From positions 272,616 to 336,615 of the forward strand of contig CAVZJB010000009.1 of NCBI GenBank assembly GCA_963775425.1: a stretch of 64,000 nt of DNA, written 5' to 3'. Positions 1 through 9,319 of this stretch are shown here, piece after piece; position 1 is the stretch's first letter; every line of letters begins with the position of its first letter. A program made the translations under genes and the position numbers. This stretch comes from an uncultured delta proteobacterium. GTDB taxonomy: Bacteria > Myxococcota > UBA727 > VGSZ01. Below the pieces are notes generated by a model. The model did no database searches and was not told the DNA's origin. It saw nothing but the letters and a program-made list of their open reading frames with translations.

Positions 1-1412
1 CGTGCACCCTGCCGCAGCTCGCCGAGATCGCGCGCAGCGGCGCGTTCCTCAACCGCGTCACCCTGTTCGGGAGCGAGGCGGCGGCGCGCGGCGTGTTCGC
101 CGCCATCCTCCTGCTGTTCGCGGGCGGGCTGCTCTACTACCTCTGGCGCGCCGGGCGCGATCCGCTCCTGCACGCGGCCGCCATCCTCTTCGCGCTCTCC
201 ACGCTCGCCAAGGGCCCCGTCGGCGTCGGCGTCTGCGGCCTCACGCTCCTGTGCACCATCGCCGTGCTCGGCGAGTGGGAGCGGATGCTGCGCCCGGCCG
301 CCGTCTCGTGCACCGCGCTGTTCCTCGCCATCTGCGCGCCGTGGCCCATCGTGATGACGTTCTTCACCGGGCTCGACGAGGAGCGAAAGACCTGGGTGCA
401 GCGCTTCATCTTCTACGACCTCCTCGGCCGCATCGGCCCCGGCGCCCACGGCGACCGCGGCTCGTTCAACTATTATGTGGAATACGCCGGCTTCGGCATG
501 TTCCCGTGGACGGGCCTGGTCCCGCCCGCGCTGTTCTCCGCCGCGGGCGCCCGCGCCGCGCCGCGAAACAAGGGCGAGCGCTTCACGGTGCTCGTCGCGC
601 TGTGGGCGGTGATCACCTTCGCCTTCTTCGCCGCCACGACGACCAAGTTCCACCACTACATCTTCCCGCTGTGCGTCCCCTGCGCGCTGCTCATCGGGCG
701 CTACCTCGACAAGCTGGTGTCCGAGCCCAAGCTGCGGGTGGCGCCGGTGGTGGCGTTCTTCGCGGTGACGCTGGCGGCGCTCATCGGCCGGGATCTCGTC
801 ACGGAGCCCTGGCAGCTCATCGACCTCTTCACCTACCACTACAAGAGCTACAAGCCTGCCTATTACTTCCCTTCAGATGAGGAGTGGCGGGTCGGTCTCA
901 GCATCGCGTGTTTTGGCGCCACCCTCGTCGTGGCCGCCGGCGCGGTGTGGGACATGGTGCGTCCGCCGCCGGAGGGCGAGCACAAGACCTGGCTCGGCTC
1001 GCTGGTCTTTTCCCGTCGCTGCGCCAGCGAGGGCTTCATCACCGCCTATCTCGCGGCTGCGATCTTGTTTGCGGTGTTTGCGGTGCAGGTCCACTTCAAC
1101 CGCGCCTCGCAGCACTGGAGCCAGCGCGAGATCTTCGATACCTACTATTCGATGAGAAAGGGTGACGAGCCCATCATCGCTTTCCAGATGGATTGGAAGG
1201 GTGAGACCTTCTACGGGAAGAACCAGGACATCCAGATCAAGCGCTCCGGCAGCGAGCTGAAGAAGGCCGTCGAGCGCCCGGGGCGCGAATTCGTCCTCGT
1301 CCAGACCGATCGCTACGGCAGCTTGAAGAGCGCGCTCGGCAAGGACTACGAATCACGCATCAAGGTCGTCGATCGAAGCAATCAAAAATGGTACCTGGTG
1401 CTGGTCGAGTGA
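1..1412 (+). CDS. Glycosyltransferase family 39 (ArnT/PMT-like) membrane protein, C-terminal part; the 5' end lies outside the window
   Basis: Frame 3 is open from base 3 into ORF 93..1412. It has multi-pass hydrophobic segments (LLLFAGGLLYYLW, FGMFPWTGLVPPALF, ITFAFFAATTTKFHHYIFP) followed by a soluble tail, as in ArnT/PMT_2 proteins. GC3 is high. Confidence 0.6.
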   Translation, partial: CTLPQLAEIARSGAFLNRVTLFGSEAAARGVFAAILLLFAGGLLYYLWRAGRDPLLHAAAILFALSTLAKGPVGVGVCGLTLLCTIAVLGEWERMLRPAAVSCTALFLAICAPWPIVMTFFTGLDEERKTWVQRFIFYDLLGRIGPGAHGDRGSFNYYVEYAGFGMFPWTGLVPPALFSAAGARAAPRNKGERFTVLVALWAVITFAFFAATTTKFHHYIFPLCVPCALLIGRYLDKLVSEPKLRVAPVVAFFAVTLAALIGRDLVTEPWQLIDLFTYHYKSYKPAYYFPSDEEWRVGLSIACFGATLVVAAGAVWDMVRPPPEGEHKTWLGSLVFSRRCASEGFITAYLAAAILFAVFAVQVHFNRASQHWSQREIFDTYYSMRKGDEPIIAFQMDWKGETFYGKNQDIQIKRSGSELKKAVERPGREFVLVQTDRYGSLKSALGKDYESRIKVVDRSNQKWYLVLVE

Positions 1413-1422
1413 CGGGCCGCGC

Positions 1423-2106
1423 TCAATACGGCATGGCTTGCGCGTCGGGGTGGCCGGGGGAGAGGAAGCCGGGCGCGCCGGTGCCGTCGTCGCCGTCGTG
1501 CTTCTTCTCGGCGGTGAGGGCGTAGGAGACGGGGACGGCGGCGACGCCGACGGCCGCGACGGCGGCGCCGGCCACGACGAGCCCGTAGAGCGCGGGATCG
1601 CCGGCGCCGCCGCCGCCGCCGCCGGCGAGGAGGGTGTAGAGCGTGGCGGCGCTGACGACGCCTGCGACGGCGGCGACGTACGACGCGACGACGGGCCAGA
1701 GCGCGGGCGCGCGGCTCGGGCCGAGCCGATCGCCGAGGATGGTGGCGGCGTAGCCGCTGGCGGCTGGCAGCAGGCACGCGACGCAGGCGCCGCCGGGCAC
1801 CACGGCGGCGATGATCAGCGCGCAGGGCATGCCGACGACGCTGACGCTGCAGGGCACGAGCGCTTGCAGGCACCCCACGAGGACGGGGTCGAGGGGCGCC
1901 GGCGCTCTCCGCTCGTCCGGCCGCACGGGCCGCGGCCGCGGTGTCGGTGTCGGTGTCGGTGTCGACGCCGGCGGCGGGGCGCGCGCCGCGGGGACGCGCT
2001 CCGAAGACCCATCGAGCAACGGCGGCGGCGGCGGCAGTGGATCGACCGGGGTCGCTCCGACCGGGGCCTGGGCCAACGCGGCGACCGTGACGACCAGCCC
2101 GAGCAC
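1423..2106 (-). CDS. Hypothetical secreted/membrane protein
   Basis: 227-aa ORF. It has a signal-like N-terminus (MLGLVVTVAALAQA) and a poly-Pro plus (TP)4 tract encoded by a cggtgt hexamer repeat near 1938-1962. Gly/Ala-rich hydrophobic segments follow. No family recognised. Confidence 0.4.
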   Translation of the reverse strand: MLGLVVTVAALAQAPVGATPVDPLPPPPPLLDGSSERVPAARAPPPASTPTPTPTPRPRPVRPDERRAPAPLDPVLVGCLQALVPCSVSVVGMPCALIIAAVVPGGACVACLLPAASGYAATILGDRLGPSRAPALWPVVASYVAAVAGVVSAATLYTLLAGGGGGGAGDPALYGLVVAGAAVAAVGVAAVPVSYALTAEKKHDGDDGTGAPGFLSPGHPDAQAMPY

Positions 2107-2198
2107 GGCGCCACTCTACCTGCCTGCGCGCCATGGCGCCCGTCACTACGACCTTCCGACGCCGCGGCTATCATCGAGCGACGTCCGCGAGGTTCTTC

Positions 2199-3140
2199 AT
2201 GAGCGACCAGAGATGTGAAAACTGCGGCTGTGGGCTCGGCGACGCCGCTGCGTGTCCCGCGTGTGGCCTCGCGCGCATCGGCGCCAGCGTCGGCGCCGTC
2301 GCCGAGAGGCGCTACGACGTCGCGCCGCTCCCCGCCGGCCCCTACGAAGTGGAGCTCGGCATCGGCGACACGCTCTCGTGGACGTTCAAGATGTGGTGGG
2401 ACAACCTGCCGCGCCTCATGGCGCTCGGCTTCGTGCCGTACGCCCTCATGTTGCCGTTCGTCATCCTGGGCGGCGGGCTCGCGCTCAGCCCGCGCTGGGC
2501 CGAAGAGCTGTTCAGCCCGCAAAACCTCGTGTGGCTGGTGCCCGCGGGCTGCGTGCTCTTCGTGGTCTTCATCGTCGCCGGCCTGAGCGCGGCGGGGGGC
2601 GTCGTGCACCTGGTCGACGAGCAGCAGCACGGGGTGCGCGTCGGCGCCTTCGCCGCGCTCCTGACGGGGGCCCGCCACGTCGGGTGGCTCGGCCTCGGGT
2701 GGCTGCTCTTCTCGGCGCTCATGATCTTCGCCGTGGCCGGCCCCGCGCTCCCCATCGCCGTCGCCCTGGATCGCTCGGAGGCGCAAACGGCGCTGTTCGC
2801 GCTCCCGGGTCTCGCCACCGTCGTCGTCGCCATGGTGATCGGCGCGCGCCTCGCGCCCGCGTTCCCGGCGATCATCGTCGAGGACATCGGGCTCGGGCAG
2901 GCGATGTCGCGCGCCTGGTCGTTGACGCGCGGCCGCACGCTGACCGTGCTCGGCGCGTCGGTGCTGTTCATGGTGGCCTACTTCGCCATGAGCATGACGG
3001 CCGGCCTGGTGGGCATCGTGCCCATCCTCGGGCTGGTCGCGCAGCTCGCCATCTCGGCGATGATGGCGCCGCTCACCTACGTCTTTCCGTTCGCCGTCTA
3101 CGCCGGCTGCGTCCGCGCCGAGCAGCGCGCTCAGCGGTAG
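2199..3140 (+). CDS. Zinc-ribbon membrane protein (hypothetical)
   Basis: Start chosen at MSDQRCENCGCGLGDAAACPACG (CxxC...CxxC zinc ribbon). Several predicted TM helices follow. The upstream part of the track ORF (from 2133) is Arg-rich and less convincing. Confidence 0.5.
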   Translation: MSDQRCENCGCGLGDAAACPACGLARIGASVGAVAERRYDVAPLPAGPYEVELGIGDTLSWTFKMWWDNLPRLMALGFVPYALMLPFVILGGGLALSPRWAEELFSPQNLVWLVPAGCVLFVVFIVAGLSAAGGVVHLVDEQQHGVRVGAFAALLTGARHVGWLGLGWLLFSALMIFAVAGPALPIAVALDRSEAQTALFALPGLATVVVAMVIGARLAPAFPAIIVEDIGLGQAMSRAWSLTRGRTLTVLGASVLFMVAYFAMSMTAGLVGIVPILGLVAQLAISAMMAPLTYVFPFAVYAGCVRAEQRAQR

Positions 3141-3562
3141 ATCGCCGCCCAGCCCGCCGGGTCCTTGAACAGCCGCACGCAGCGGATGGTCTTTTTGTCC
3201 GTGAGCTCGAAGCGGTGGTGTTTGCCCTTGGGGACGACGATCAGGTCGCCGGGCTCCACCACCACGCGCATCCACCTGTCGTCGTTGCTGCGGATGTCGA
3301 AGACGCCCTCGCCCTCGAGGACGAAGCGCACCTCGTCATCGTCGTGGTGGTGCTCCGGATCGAACTTGGCGAGCAGGCCCTCGAGGTTCGCCGTGTCGGG
3401 GCGCAGGGCCACCTCGTCCTGCGTGATGTAGCCGCGGCGCTTGGTGAGCTCGTCGAGCGCGGGCTGGTGCGCGCCGAGGGGCAGGTCGCGATAGATGACA
3501 CCGTTTTCCTCGAGGAGGTTCCCGTCGATGGCCTCGTTGGTGTCGCGGAAGAAGGCTCTCAT
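3131..3562 (-). CDS. mtnD: Acireductone dioxygenase (ARD, methionine salvage)
   Basis: The true start is at MRAFFRDTNEAIDG; the 273-aa track ORF carries an Arg-rich spurious extension. Cupin motif: FDPEHHHDDDEVRFVLEGEGVFDI...PKGKHHRF...FKDPAGW. The ATGA overlaps the mtnB stop. Confidence 0.85.
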   Translation of the reverse strand: MRAFFRDTNEAIDGNLLEENGVIYRDLPLGAHQPALDELTKRRGYITQDEVALRPDTANLEGLLAKFDPEHHHDDDEVRFVLEGEGVFDIRSNDDRWMRVVVEPGDLIVVPKGKHHRFELTDKKTIRCVRLFKDPAGWAAIYR

Positions 3563-4242
3563 GGCTGCGTCTCCGAGGGGTGACGTCGCATGTGTACGGC
3601 GACGTCGAAGAGGTAGTCGTAGCACTCGGCGTGGCGCTTGGCTTCGCGCCAGTCCGCGCCCCACACGTAGACCCCGTGGCGGCGCACGAGGACCGCGTGC
3701 GCGTCGGGGTATCCGGCGACGGCGGCGCTCAGGGAGTCCGCCAGGTCGCACTCGCGGGCCGTGTTTTCGATGACGGGCACGCGGTGGACGTCGTCGTAGC
3801 CGACGCCGCGCAGGCCCTTCATCATCTCGAGCTTCGTGAGCACGACCTCGCGATCGAACGCGAGGGTGGCGAAGAGCGCGCGCTTGCTGTGTGTGTGGAT
3901 GACGGCGCCGGCGCCGCGGAGCTTCATGGCCGCGAGGAACAGCGGGCGGCACTGCGAGACGGTGAAGCCCGACGACGCCGGCGGCCCCGCCTTCACCTCA
4001 CCGTCGTCGTCGAGCTCGAAGATGACGTCGGGCGTGAGCAGCTCCTTTTGCACCCCCGACGGCGCCATGAAGGTGCGCCCGTCGTGGCGGATGGAGATGC
4101 CGCCGCCGGTGCCGCTCACCCAGCCCTGCGTATAGAAGCGCCGGCCGAGCGCGCAGATGACGCGCTTGGCGTCGTCCGCGGAGCCGACCGGCTTGTCCTC
4201 GAGGTCCACACGGAGAGCTTGCCCGGCCGCCGCGCGCCCCAC
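3559..4242 (-). CDS. mtnB: Methylthioribulose-1-phosphate dehydratase (class II aldolase/adducin family)
   Basis: Motifs FYTQGWVSGTGGGISIR, AVIHTHS and VLVRRHGVYVWG are typical of MtnB. It is translationally coupled to mtnD. Confidence 0.85.
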   Translation of the reverse strand: MGRAAAGQALRVDLEDKPVGSADDAKRVICALGRRFYTQGWVSGTGGGISIRHDGRTFMAPSGVQKELLTPDVIFELDDDGEVKAGPPASSGFTVSQCRPLFLAAMKLRGAGAVIHTHSKRALFATLAFDREVVLTKLEMMKGLRGVGYDDVHRVPVIENTARECDLADSLSAAVAGYPDAHAVLVRRHGVYVWGADWREAKRHAECYDYLFDVAVHMRRHPSETQP

Positions 4243-4259
4243 AAGCCGGCCCGCGGGCC

Positions 4260-6701
4260 CTATTGCACGACGGCGGCGAGGTTGTCGGTGCAGGCGTAGC
4301 TGTCGTCGAAGCTGCTCTGGTCGTAGGTCGGGTTCAGGCCGCCGCCCACCGAGAGGGTGTCGCCGTCGACGGTGATGGTCCCCGAGATCTGGTTGGTGAC
4401 GCCGTCGAGGCTGCCGTTGACGGCGCTCAGGTCGGTGTCGGGGATCTCGATCTCGAAGGTCTTGCCCTGCGCCTCGAGCGTGGCGTGGGCGTTTCGCAGG
4501 TGCACGTTGGAGATGCGCGCCACCGGCGTCGGCACGTCGAAGGTCTGGGTGTCGTCGGCGCGGGCGCCGGTCGCGGGCTCCACCGTCGCCGACAGCGTGC
4601 CGTCGTGGATGGTGAGCTTGCCGATGGGCTCGCTCTCGCCCGCCGCCAACGGATACGTAACGAACTCGTGGAGCGCCGTGTTGTCGAGCCAGATGGTCAC
4701 GCTCTCGTCGTTGCGCGGCTCGATGGCGTCGATGATCAGGAACTGGGTGGTGCGCTCGCCGAGGACGGTGCGCGTGGCGTTCACGTCAGCGGTGCCCTGG
4801 TAGAACGTCGCGCCGCCGCTGCAGTCCTCGCTGAGCGTCTGCAGGTTCGGGTCGCCGACGGTGCAGCCGGAGACGTCCCACGTCATCGAGCCCATGTCTC
4901 CCGGGTTGCCCTGAACGTCGCTCGGGAAGATCAACACGCCGAGCTGGTCCTCGAAGCCGCAGTTGCTGTCGCCGTTCACCATGGTCGCCACCGTGCCCAC
5001 CGTCTGGATCACCAGGCGCGCGGCGCCGTCGGCGATGACCTGGTGGAAGTTGCACTGCGCGTCGCTCGCCGGCACCGCCATGTTGGGCGTGCAGGCGTAG
5101 CTCGCGTTGAACGCGGCGGCGTCGTAGTTGGGGTCGAGGATGGGGGCGCCCTCGAGGGGGATCTGGTAGTCGGTGCCGTTGACGGTGATGTCGCCGGCGA
5201 GCTTGTTCTCCACGCCGTCCTTGTTGCCGTTTTGCGCCGAGAGGCTGCTGCCGTCGATGTCGATGCGCAGCGCGTTGCCCGCGGCGCGCACGATGCCCAC
5301 CGCGCCGGGCTGCCACGCCAGGTCGTCGAACGTGGACACGGGCGTGGGGATGCTGCACGCGCCGGTGAGCGTGTCCTGCGCCATGCGCGGCTCCATCCGT
5401 CCGTCGATGCCGCCCTCGACGACCTCGAGGGATTGGTCGGAGACGCTGTCGGTGACGCGAAAGTTCTGGAAGTCGATGTGGAACGTGAACGACGCAGGGT
5501 CGCGTGACGTCGGGATCACCGGCTGCGACGGGTCGCCGCTCAGGCGGCCGCGCAGGCGCATGGTCCCCGTGATGAGCGCGGTGCCCTCGGCGTAGGTGGT
5601 CTTGCCCGAGCAATCGCGCGCGACCTCGGTGGGCGTGGGGAACACCAGCGCGCAGGGTTGATCGATGCGGAACACGGCCTCGCCGCCCTCGTGGCCGACG
5701 TCGCCGGTGATCTGGGCGTTCGCGATGACGCCGGGGCTCATGAAGCCGCAGCGGGTGTCGGCGGCGGCGACGGAGATCACGTTGCCCACGTTGTTCACCG
5801 TGAGCTTGGCGGCGCCGTCGGCGAGCTGCGGCGTGAGGTCCTTGCAGACGTACTCCACGGGCAGCTTGAGGTCGTCGACGCAGGCGAACGAGTTGGCGAA
5901 CTCGTCGGCCTTGTAGTCCGGGTCGAGCACGTGGTCGTCGTTGAGGTCGACGTCGCTGTCCCAGACCGTGATCTTGCCCTCGAGGTAGTTCTCGAAGTCG
6001 CCGTAGACGCCGAGCTGCGCCTTCTCCTCGAGCGACGGGACGTCGACGTCGAAGATGTGGCCGTCGTCGTCGACGGTGTAGGTGGCGTCCGTGACCTTGA
6101 TGCTGTTGAGCGTGACGTCGCTGGTGGGGACGCCGCAGACGCCGAGCGAGATGTTCTGCGCGAGGTGGATGCTCGCGCTCTCGTCGACGTGGCCCGTATG
6201 CATGGTCAGGCCGGTGGTCTTGTCGCTCAAGCGGATCTGGTAGTCCTGCACGTCGGCGCTGACGGTGATGGCGACGGCGTCCGGGGACGACGGGATCACG
6301 GGGTTTTCGGGGTTGCCGGTGAGGGTGCCGGTGACGGTGCGGGTGGCGCTCAAGGTGACCTTGCCGCTCACCGTGGTCTTCTCCCCGTTGCAGTCTTCGC
6401 TGGGGGCCCCGCCCGGGACCAGCGTGTCGCCGAAGTCCATGACGCAGTTGTCGACGGTCCAGGTGACGGTGCCGGGGCCGCCGAGCTCACCGTCCTCGAC
6501 GTAGTTGTCCTGCACGTGCTTCGAGGAGAAGCCGCAATTCGTGTCGGCGTCGGCGAGCGCGATGAGCTTCACCGCGTTTCGCACCGTGAGGCGCGCGGCG
6601 CCGGCGCCGACGTCCTTGGGAAAGAATTGCTCGATCTCGCACCCGCCGCCGAGCGCCACGGCGGAGAAGGTGAAGACCAGGATGATGCAGCGCGTAAGCA
6701 T
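4260..6701 (-). CDS. Large probable lipoprotein built from three tandem repeats of about 260 aa (unknown family)
   Basis: Start at MLTRCIILVFTFSAVALGGGC (signal peptide ending in Cys). The rest of the 1578-aa track ORF upstream is Arg-rich junk. Repeat units are at about 5814-6599, 5025-5813 and 4263-5024. Each begins AA(R/K)L(T/V)... with D(A/S)(D/N)xxCGF and ends LDP(D/N)Y...(F)(A/D)xSYAC...ADG. Confidence 0.7.
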   Translation of the reverse strand: MLTRCIILVFTFSAVALGGGCEIEQFFPKDVGAGAARLTVRNAVKLIALADADTNCGFSSKHVQDNYVEDGELGGPGTVTWTVDNCVMDFGDTLVPGGAPSEDCNGEKTTVSGKVTLSATRTVTGTLTGNPENPVIPSSPDAVAITVSADVQDYQIRLSDKTTGLTMHTGHVDESASIHLAQNISLGVCGVPTSDVTLNSIKVTDATYTVDDDGHIFDVDVPSLEEKAQLGVYGDFENYLEGKITVWDSDVDLNDDHVLDPDYKADEFANSFACVDDLKLPVEYVCKDLTPQLADGAAKLTVNNVGNVISVAAADTRCGFMSPGVIANAQITGDVGHEGGEAVFRIDQPCALVFPTPTEVARDCSGKTTYAEGTALITGTMRLRGRLSGDPSQPVIPTSRDPASFTFHIDFQNFRVTDSVSDQSLEVVEGGIDGRMEPRMAQDTLTGACSIPTPVSTFDDLAWQPGAVGIVRAAGNALRIDIDGSSLSAQNGNKDGVENKLAGDITVNGTDYQIPLEGAPILDPNYDAAAFNASYACTPNMAVPASDAQCNFHQVIADGAARLVIQTVGTVATMVNGDSNCGFEDQLGVLIFPSDVQGNPGDMGSMTWDVSGCTVGDPNLQTLSEDCSGGATFYQGTADVNATRTVLGERTTQFLIIDAIEPRNDESVTIWLDNTALHEFVTYPLAAGESEPIGKLTIHDGTLSATVEPATGARADDTQTFDVPTPVARISNVHLRNAHATLEAQGKTFEIEIPDTDLSAVNGSLDGVTNQISGTITVDGDTLSVGGGLNPTYDQSSFDDSYACTDNLAAVVQ

Positions 6702-6749
6702 GCAGGAATCCCTCCCGGGAACGACTTGGGTCATGTATCGCACCTGCAT

Positions 6750-7934
6750 ATGCGACCGTTGCCTACATGGTCTGACCATCGGGCGTTTGACCGAGATCTG
6801 CGCGAGATCTCGTCGACGACGCAGGGGCGCGCGGCCCCGGCGTCGGGCGCCCCCTCCCCGGCGGGCCGCGGGGTCACGCGCCGCTTCTACTGGGAGCTGG
6901 TCTCGCTGCGGCGATCCGGGGGCCCGCAGGCGGCGGCGGTGCTCGCGGACCGGCGCATGGACGTGGCCCTCTCGGCGCTGCGCGCGGCCCGGCCGGAGGA
7001 GCCGCTGCGCATCGCCTGCGTGCTCGAGCTCGCCGACGAGATGGACGTGGCGCCGCTGTTGCGCGCGCGCGCGGCCCTGGCCCGCCACGAGATCGCGCTC
7101 GATCTCTGGCCGCAGCTCGCCGGCGCCGAGCGCTTCCTGAACACGGGCACCGCCGAGATCTTCCAGCAGCGGTTGCTGCCGCTCCTCGACGTGCTCGCCC
7201 GCAGCGACGATGGCTGCGACATCGGCGTCGCCCTCGACCTCGAGCCCAACGAGGCGCTCGCGCGGGCGGCGTGGGAGATGCGGGCGCCGGGCTCCTCGCT
7301 CTTCGAGCGCGCGCGCGCGCTCGGTCGCATCGCGAGGAGCGTGGGCGGCAGCGTGGCCATGGCGCGCCAGGGGCGCCGGGACCTCGCCGAGCTCGCGCGC
7401 GACCTGCAGGCGCGCGATCTCCCGGTGCACGTCGCGGTGATGCCGCCGCTGTCGTCGTCCACGAGTGACACGCTGCGCGCGTGGGCGCTCGGCTGCCCCG
7501 CCGTCGACGACGACGGCCGGCCGCTCTTCGGCCTTCAGGCCGCCATGTGCTACGCGTCGCTCACCCGGCGGCTGCCGGAGCGCCTGCGCGCCAGGGTGGA
7601 CCCGCGGCCCCTCGACGACGACGACGACGACGCGCGCGACGCGGACCGCCGCCGCGACAAGGACACGCTCGCCTTGTGGGCGGCCCGCCACCGCACCGCC
7701 TTCGACGCCGTCGTCGTCGGCATGACCGCCACCGGCATCCTCGGCGACGAGCCCGTCTACGAAGACCCCGCGGTGCTCGCCGAAGACGTGCGCGCCATGG
7801 AGGCCCTCGGCTTCTCGGACGTCGCCCTCTACGCGCTCGAGGGCCTGTTCTTCGGCCCCGCCGGCCCCGGCGACGACCTTGCGCTCCGCCCCGACGTCGA
7901 GCGCTGGCTCGGCGCCGCGTTCGGCGAGGCCTGA
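6750..7934 (+). CDS. Hypothetical protein
   Basis: Only the 3' third of track ORF 5658..7934 has protein-like composition and high GC3. Candidate starts are ATG 6750, GTG 6939 and ATG 6957. It has an acidic DDDDDDARDADRRRD tract. No family recognised. Confidence 0.45.
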   Translation: MRPLPTWSDHRAFDRDLREISSTTQGRAAPASGAPSPAGRGVTRRFYWELVSLRRSGGPQAAAVLADRRMDVALSALRAARPEEPLRIACVLELADEMDVAPLLRARAALARHEIALDLWPQLAGAERFLNTGTAEIFQQRLLPLLDVLARSDDGCDIGVALDLEPNEALARAAWEMRAPGSSLFERARALGRIARSVGGSVAMARQGRRDLAELARDLQARDLPVHVAVMPPLSSSTSDTLRAWALGCPAVDDDGRPLFGLQAAMCYASLTRRLPERLRARVDPRPLDDDDDDARDADRRRDKDTLALWAARHRTAFDAVVVGMTATGILGDEPVYEDPAVLAEDVRAMEALGFSDVALYALEGLFFGPAGPGDDLALRPDVERWLGAAFGEA

Positions 7935-7948
7935 GGAGACGGCCGCAC

Positions 7949-8890
7949 CTACGGGCCGATGGACCAGGCGGCGAACGAGTCGAACGACGTCACCATGCGG
8001 TTGGACCGGAGCACGACGCCGCCGGCGGGCGTGGCGGTGGCGTCGACGACGGTGGCCACGCCCTCGAGCTGGCACTGCAGCGAGCCGTCGAGCACCGCGC
8101 GCAACAAGAGCGTGGGTCCGACGATCTGATCGGGGCTCGCGAGGTCGCTCGACGCGCGGAATTCGCTGGCGTCGTTGTTCACCAGCCCGTCGATGACGAG
8201 CGCCTGCGCGCCGTCGCCGATGACGGGGAAGCACATCACGCCGTCGGCGTCGCCGGTCATGCCGACGCCGATGCCCGCGCTCGCCGTGTTGAACTGGCCG
8301 CCGAGCTCGAAGCTCTCCACGGTGAAGCGGAGCTCGACGACGATGTGGTCGGTGGGGGCGATGTCGGTGCGCCGCAGGATCTCGGCGTCGGCGGTGGCCG
8401 TGTGATGAAGCTGATCGTTCGAGAGGCTCCATGAGCCGGCGCCGGTCCACGCCGACGAGAGCACCACGCCGTCGAACGCGTCGAACGCGATGAGCACGTC
8501 GCCGCCCTGGTCGGGCCGTGGGTCGCACGCGTCGCCGACGCCGTCGCCGTCGCTGTCGGCCTGGGCCGCGTCCGAGGTGGTGGGGCAGTCGTCGCAGCGG
8601 TCGGCGACGCCGTCGTTGTCCTCGTCGTGGGTGCCGCAGGGATCGCCTTCGCCTTCGCCCTCGCCGCCTTCGCCCTCGCCCTCGCCCTCGCCGAAGTCGG
8701 TGATGCAGTGTCCGTCGCGGCAGACGTGGCCTACGAAGCAGTCGCTGTCGGCGTTGCAGATGACGCCGCTGTCGTCGGGCGGGCAGCCGCTCGTCGCCAC
8801 GATCGCCACGAACACGAGCGCGGCGCGCGCGAGCGCCGCTACGGGCGCGGTGGCGAGGCCGGAGACCGGGGGGCGGCGCATGCGCCGAGG
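7949..8890 (-). CDS. Probable lipoprotein with a (Gly-Glu)n linker, thrombospondin type-3-like Ca-binding repeats and a LamG/concanavalin-like C-terminal domain
   Basis: Start at MRRPPVSGLATAPVAALARAALVFVAIVATSGC. Followed by a Cys-rich knot (CNADSDCFVGHVCRDGHC) and GEGEGEGEGGEGEGEG. Then DEDNDGVADRCDDCP...DSDGDGVGDACD. The beta-rich tail ends SFDSFAAWSIGP. Confidence 0.7.
   Translation of the reverse strand, partial: PRRMRRPPVSGLATAPVAALARAALVFVAIVATSGCPPDDSGVICNADSDCFVGHVCRDGHCITDFGEGEGEGEGGEGEGEGDPCGTHDEDNDGVADRCDDCPTTSDAAQADSDGDGVGDACDPRPDQGGDVLIAFDAFDGVVLSSAWTGAGSWSLSNDQLHHTATADAEILRRTDIAPTDHIVVELRFTVESFELGGQFNTASAGIGVGMTGDADGVMCFPVIGDGAQALVIDGLVNNDASEFRASSDLASPDQIVGPTLLLRAVLDGSLQCQLEGVATVVDATATPAGGVVLRSNRMVTSFDSFAAWSIGP
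8644..8694. repeat. In-frame (GGCGAG)n-type hexanucleotide tract encoding (Gly-Glu)n
   Basis: The plus strand reads cgccttcgccttcgccctcgccgccttcgccctcgccctcgccctcgcc, which is the coding complement of GEGEGEGEGGEGEGEG. Confidence 0.8.
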
Positions 8891-8946
8891 ATAGCGCGCC
8901 GCAGGCGGGGTCGCCGTCTCCGTCGAGAGCCCTACGCGGCCGCGGT

Positions 8947-9300
8947 TCACTTGCAGGCGGCTTCGACCTTGTCGAGCGTCCACGTGTCGGGGCCATAGCG
9001 GCCGAGCACCACGCCGTCGGCGTCGATGAGCCACGCGCCCTTCACGCCGACCTTCACCATGTAGCCGGCCTCGGGCTTCCGGGCGGTCACGGTGGCGCCG
9101 TCGAGCGTGCCCCGCAGGACGCGCGCGACGTCGAGCACCAGCTCCTGTGAGGGGTTCAGCGTCCCCTTGTCGCTCCACGTCGCCGGTTTGTCGGGCGGCG
9201 GCGGCGTCGGCCCCGTGGCGGTGACCTCTTTGACCGTGGCTTCGACGACGAGCGTGGCGAGCGGGATGATCTCGTGGAGGGGCTCGGGGGGCTTGGCCAT
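8947..9300 (-). CDS. Small hypothetical protein downstream of the calpain-like protease
   Basis: 117-aa ORF (MAKPPEPLHEIIPLATLVVEATVKEV...) with good GC3. It starts 20 nt after the protease stop, so it is probably co-transcribed. No family recognised. Confidence 0.5.
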   Translation of the reverse strand: MAKPPEPLHEIIPLATLVVEATVKEVTATGPTPPPPDKPATWSDKGTLNPSQELVLDVARVLRGTLDGATVTARKPEAGYMVKVGVKGAWLIDADGVVLGRYGPDTWTLDKVEAACK

Positions 9301-9319
9301 GCCGGACGTTATCCCGTCG

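Noticed and set aside
5658-6749. 5' two-thirds of the 758-aa plus-strand ORF
   Set aside because: It is antisense to the three-repeat lipoprotein and has Val/Asp/Gly/Ala-rich mirror composition. Only the part from about 6750 onward is kept.
4260-8996. 1578-aa minus-strand ORF
   Set aside because: Only the last 813 codons, beginning at a lipoprotein signal peptide at 6701, look like protein. The upstream 765 codons are Arg-rich and run antisense to, or across, other supported genes.
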